From positions 1-40,284 of IMG/VR virus record IMGVR_UViG_3300027509_000008: DNA of 40,284 nucleotides. One strand, 5' to 3'. The stretch is from a virus. Position 1 is the first letter of the stretch. Every line of letters begins with the position of its first letter. Shown piece by piece: positions 39,101 to 40,284 of this stretch. A model generated the notes under the pieces. The model was given only the letters and a program-made list of their open reading frames with translations, searched no databases and was not told the DNA's origin. The translations under genes and the position numbers were made by a program.

Positions 39101-39147
39101 ATTTAAATAATACAACTAAGCGAAATATACAACGGACAGACAAATAA
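33157..39147 (+). CDS. Tape measure protein (1996 aa)
   Basis: Supported by size, position, a TM-rich central segment, three tandem 63-aa repeats and a C-terminal GLAKVPYDGYIAETHKDEAILTP motif. Confidence 0.9.
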   Translation: MAYKSELAFIVKAQGINKTKADLAAMGTTGTKSTTAMTAGFNRLKLAVGGIGLALVAKEAVSMATSFQASMNDVQEKLNLTGDAMVEVKNFALDMGATTAFSASEAGDALSDLAALGLDASESMKALPDVLNLAASSGLTLDDAARKTAVTLKQFGLDVDQSTRVVDLLAGAADSSAANVSYLTEVFGKAGPTATELGVSMEELASAAGVLADKGVKAEIAATGLKNIMPQLITPSNAVAEKLGLLGIKVEDFVTVAANGERQFIGLGAAFDLIKDSGADVPAVMEILGREMTSLLPVVRGGSELMQGYADATDAAASASKQAQTQMQGLPGAFKLLSSAWQAVNLAVIGSGELIETTIRGLAKLLIWLAQVGVPAIQVVYEAFKSLFTVDIDPVTGQITRMGTAMQILKPIVDGLITGFKLVWDLIKTIAEAFIALNNAIPISDVKILTTVLTALGKTLGVLAPAIVLIGTGLVAAKVATIAWGKAVTVYATIAKTITTITTAVKFLTIAMAANPILALVTALALAAIVLITNWDKVAPFFKKMFDSVSGLFTGFVKYNTDLLKKFIPTDLIFAAWDGVKSYFSNLFSTTIEIFSEGFRLIKSAIFDYHPAILIYKHWDDLPRFFLTILPKAQVAIVAGFQSIKVAIATKLDETFAAISKWVSDVIKMFSEMGPKIIKAVKDGIVDLPQTLGELGAKGILAFIGATDAAKDLVTGAGKDTANSFTEGAASQLDSIANFGTATTNEYVSGITSSADAVAEAGQELSDAVTVPLEDAVEVVKTKFQELSEAADIQRIALTKGADAARIHTLSMEDMSIEEAKAVVAKENYNKQLEKQQQLQEKLDGIVDQANQDLEYSNILLNDGVDAAYAYALELEGMEKGLAESTVATENQTQANIDAFRTQEDVKASIEEANEALKISKIRLNEGEEAARLYTLETQGLSTAKAADVIATENQTKANEDAIAIIGELSNSIEDTLISVLDGSKSAKDAFSDLGDWLTDWLKKKILEFASNAILVSVGLGDTTALTEGLTALKAVGSKIISGIGSVFGGSAAVAGTSGTAGGLGAAGASAGLPAASSIGPAVAAAAPVVAALVVAYIGKEFLSSALGGDVKARGNGVEVGVGDNGALEAQNFQDYSKRKALWSGTKRWTEYDDVDSDVFAGLNTALSSVTDSVVNQFEQMGSQSSDAILSGFNVESVKLYAATFDEDLAEWLASSQEEAYRVAINNASPKIQSLISDQVGDITEATGEELAQASTLVSTAIGVIGPAFESLGVDFGNASDTVIHNVSGFGRELELTGETTYTAANNMILLTEALGGADLATQKLNYVMQNLAPEAIGTQFTIDNMAGSLTEFDAATQAAGFGTIRTKDALYEFITSQEKLGEAGIENIAIAVDNAAAVIALSEALEAQQARTTAITETFYALGVSIDPLAPTFGQASEAIVELMGGFDAFTSQTSSYIDQYYSDSEKESLARNNNAASILALNETLGLSQGSYIDTKEELRAFVDSLDNLDTDPAQQSMFALAMSMADGVAEFDAGGKTLTEVLGGISQEEFPNFEYQLGQSREQLNQFAIDAEAARNQTSALSEAFIENARLTAESTAATEYINVVNQQLTDGLITQADATILIDNLKQEASDKELAATQVLIDAANNKTTIEIDNANAVVDATVNAAAAKVEAEFNANDAIAANQAQYHADQLRETQVSILNRIRAEAEANGTLLTMSQQIREGLAKKRAEADAAELADKVVHVASLKLAQLNADKASLDLSTKHGVEKAKLLSQQITDQERKLLSLKDNAIQKFQEMNTGILGKTDTIKNTVTGAFGDISNSVAGVLSSISKSAFDAKNAADQARQIREFTANRAADFEQKYSTAEIMANINKNNGIDGSHMLGLAKVPYDGYIAETHKDEAILTPAQAEKWRNGEVNRDMPTPVRTNNNNSNVVVLNDIKKELMKQRESNEKLMARNNQLTEMVVNGSYKTASKVEDLNNTTKRNIQRTDK

Positions 39148-40284
39148 TGTCCTTTCAATTTGAAAAACACAGCTCTGGAGTAATTTTTTGTTCAGCTAAA
39201 AATGCAGACCGATTTGCTGGTGGGCTGGTTAAATGGGTAGAAACAGATGATGGATTACAACCATCTGGAAATAGCTGGACAGAATTTCAAGCAGCACGTT
39301 TACGTTTTAATTTCAAAGTTGATACAGCTGGTGATTATAAATTACATATTCGATTAAGAACATTTGATAGAGATGCTTATATTTGGTTATCACTAGATTC
39401 ATCCGTTGAATATCTTTTCAATAATGAAACCCGTAATTTTGGTCGAGCTAAATTTAATGAATCAATATTTCGAAATAAAAAAACTGATAATCCAAATTTC
39501 TATCTTTCTGCTGGCAAACATCATATAGATATCTGTTCTATTCATGAAAGTATCGAAATCACTCGTATTTCTATTTCTCCAGCCGCTAATAATTCAGTTC
39601 CTGATAACTCCACAGGTAATGGTGGTACTGATGTTAATACTGGAGGGGAAGCAATAATTTCTAATAAATCCTTTATTGACAGTCTCCATGATGAAACTAG
39701 AAAAAATATTCAAGGTACTTTATTTGAAATGTTCAATGCTGGTAGCGCGGTGCGTTTTGCTAATAAACCATTTTTATCTAAAGAGAATCTTGCATACGAT
39801 GATGGTCTAGTTGGTGATTCATTCATTGAAGAAAGCTTGTCAACTGGTGAAAAGATTGTTGGTGATATTACAGTTATAACTGAACCTGAAGCACAACCAA
39901 TTCCATTACATCAAATAGATTTTCGTGGCTACAATCTAGTGCAAAAAAACGGTGATTTAGAAACCGAAGATTTTCAGATAACAACTACGAACACAATTAA
40001 AAACTGTAAGAGAGAATCACAGAATCAATATAGATTCGAATTAGTCCCTAGCACTGATGTATACCAGAGAACTTTTTATAAAGGTGCTGATGTAATACGT
40101 GAAGGAACATTGGCCGATGAACTTGACTGGCTGCTAGATCAATTTGAGGGAGCTTCGAGTGCCAAAAATGTAAACGTTCCAGATAGTGCTTATGGTGAAA
40201 CTGTTAGATATGCCGTAACAGAAAGTTCTACGATGGATGAAATTCTTGATTTATTTGTTGCAGGATTTAATGGTTTTTGGAGGA
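39147..40284 (+). CDS. Tail protein (distal-tail position), 5' portion; runs off the window end and continues at 1..600
   Basis: TAATG coupling to the tape-measure stop. I translated it by hand from 39147 to 40284 and found no stop (MSFQFEKHSSGVIFCSAKNADRF...). The N-terminal 145 aa form a lectin/CBM-like domain. Confidence 0.8.
   Translation, partial: MSFQFEKHSSGVIFCSAKNADRFAGGLVKWVETDDGLQPSGNSWTEFQAARLRFNFKVDTAGDYKLHIRLRTFDRDAYIWLSLDSSVEYLFNNETRNFGRAKFNESIFRNKKTDNPNFYLSAGKHHIDICSIHESIEITRISISPAANNSVPDNSTGNGGTDVNTGGEAIISNKSFIDSLHDETRKNIQGTLFEMFNAGSAVRFANKPFLSKENLAYDDGLVGDSFIEESLSTGEKIVGDITVITEPEAQPIPLHQIDFRGYNLVQKNGDLETEDFQITTTNTIKNCKRESQNQYRFELVPSTDVYQRTFYKGADVIREGTLADELDWLLDQFEGASSAKNVNVPDSAYGETVRYAVTESSTMDEILDLFVAGFNGFWR
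40158..40284. repeat. Second copy of the terminal overlap (identical to 1-127)
   Basis: Direct comparison of both window ends. Confidence 0.95.

Overview
The window is a complete, circularly closing genome of an AT-rich, long-tailed (siphovirus-like) phage that encodes an integrase. Bases 1-127 are identical to 40158-40284, so the unique length is 40,157 bp.

Layout (+ strand unless noted):
- Tail-tip and fibre genes. One gene crosses the window junction (39147 through the overlap to 600). The others lie at 600-3592.
- A lysis-like cassette of membrane proteins at 3624-4688, with no endolysin I can recognise.
- An accessory/early region at about 4.7-11 kb. It holds small ORFs, several minus-strand genes, homing-endonuclease-like genes (two HNH, one HNH-less paralogue, one GIY-YIG-like) and visibly duplicated gene cassettes.
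- A replication module: an AEP/PriCT-like primase at 12366-13508 and a P4/D5-type SF3 helicase at 13512-15230. It is followed by an iteron-type origin candidate and about 0.8 kb without ORFs.
- Three small stand-alone genes at 16060-17327.
- A lysogeny module: an HTH protein on the minus strand, 0.78 kb of non-coding DNA, and a tyrosine integrase at 18696-19928.
- A cargo island at 20088-22247, including a triple zinc-ribbon PD-(D/E)XK nuclease and a thioredoxin-like protein.
- A colinear packaging/head/tail module at 22355-39147: TerS candidate, TerL, portal, Mu-F-like protein, scaffold, major capsid, connectors, tail tube, G/GT chaperones and a 1996-aa tape measure.

Findings most worth follow-up:
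- A 129-aa mini-intein splits the TerL nuclease motif.
- The early region is built from repeated cassettes (a 28-bp promoter-like element, a small basic HPExF protein, a Zn-knuckle/HNH protein and a roughly 100-aa protein).
- CCCCCATT iterons flank an AT-rich core just downstream of the helicase gene.
- Two ORF-free promoter-to-terminator units may be sRNAs.
- A genome-wide TATAAATA motif is followed by CA-repeat leaders.
- A nearly C-free G-rich tract contains a thrombin-aptamer-like GGTTGG motif.
- Two tail proteins share a lectin/CBM-like domain.

All functional calls rest on motif reading and gene order. No database search was possible.
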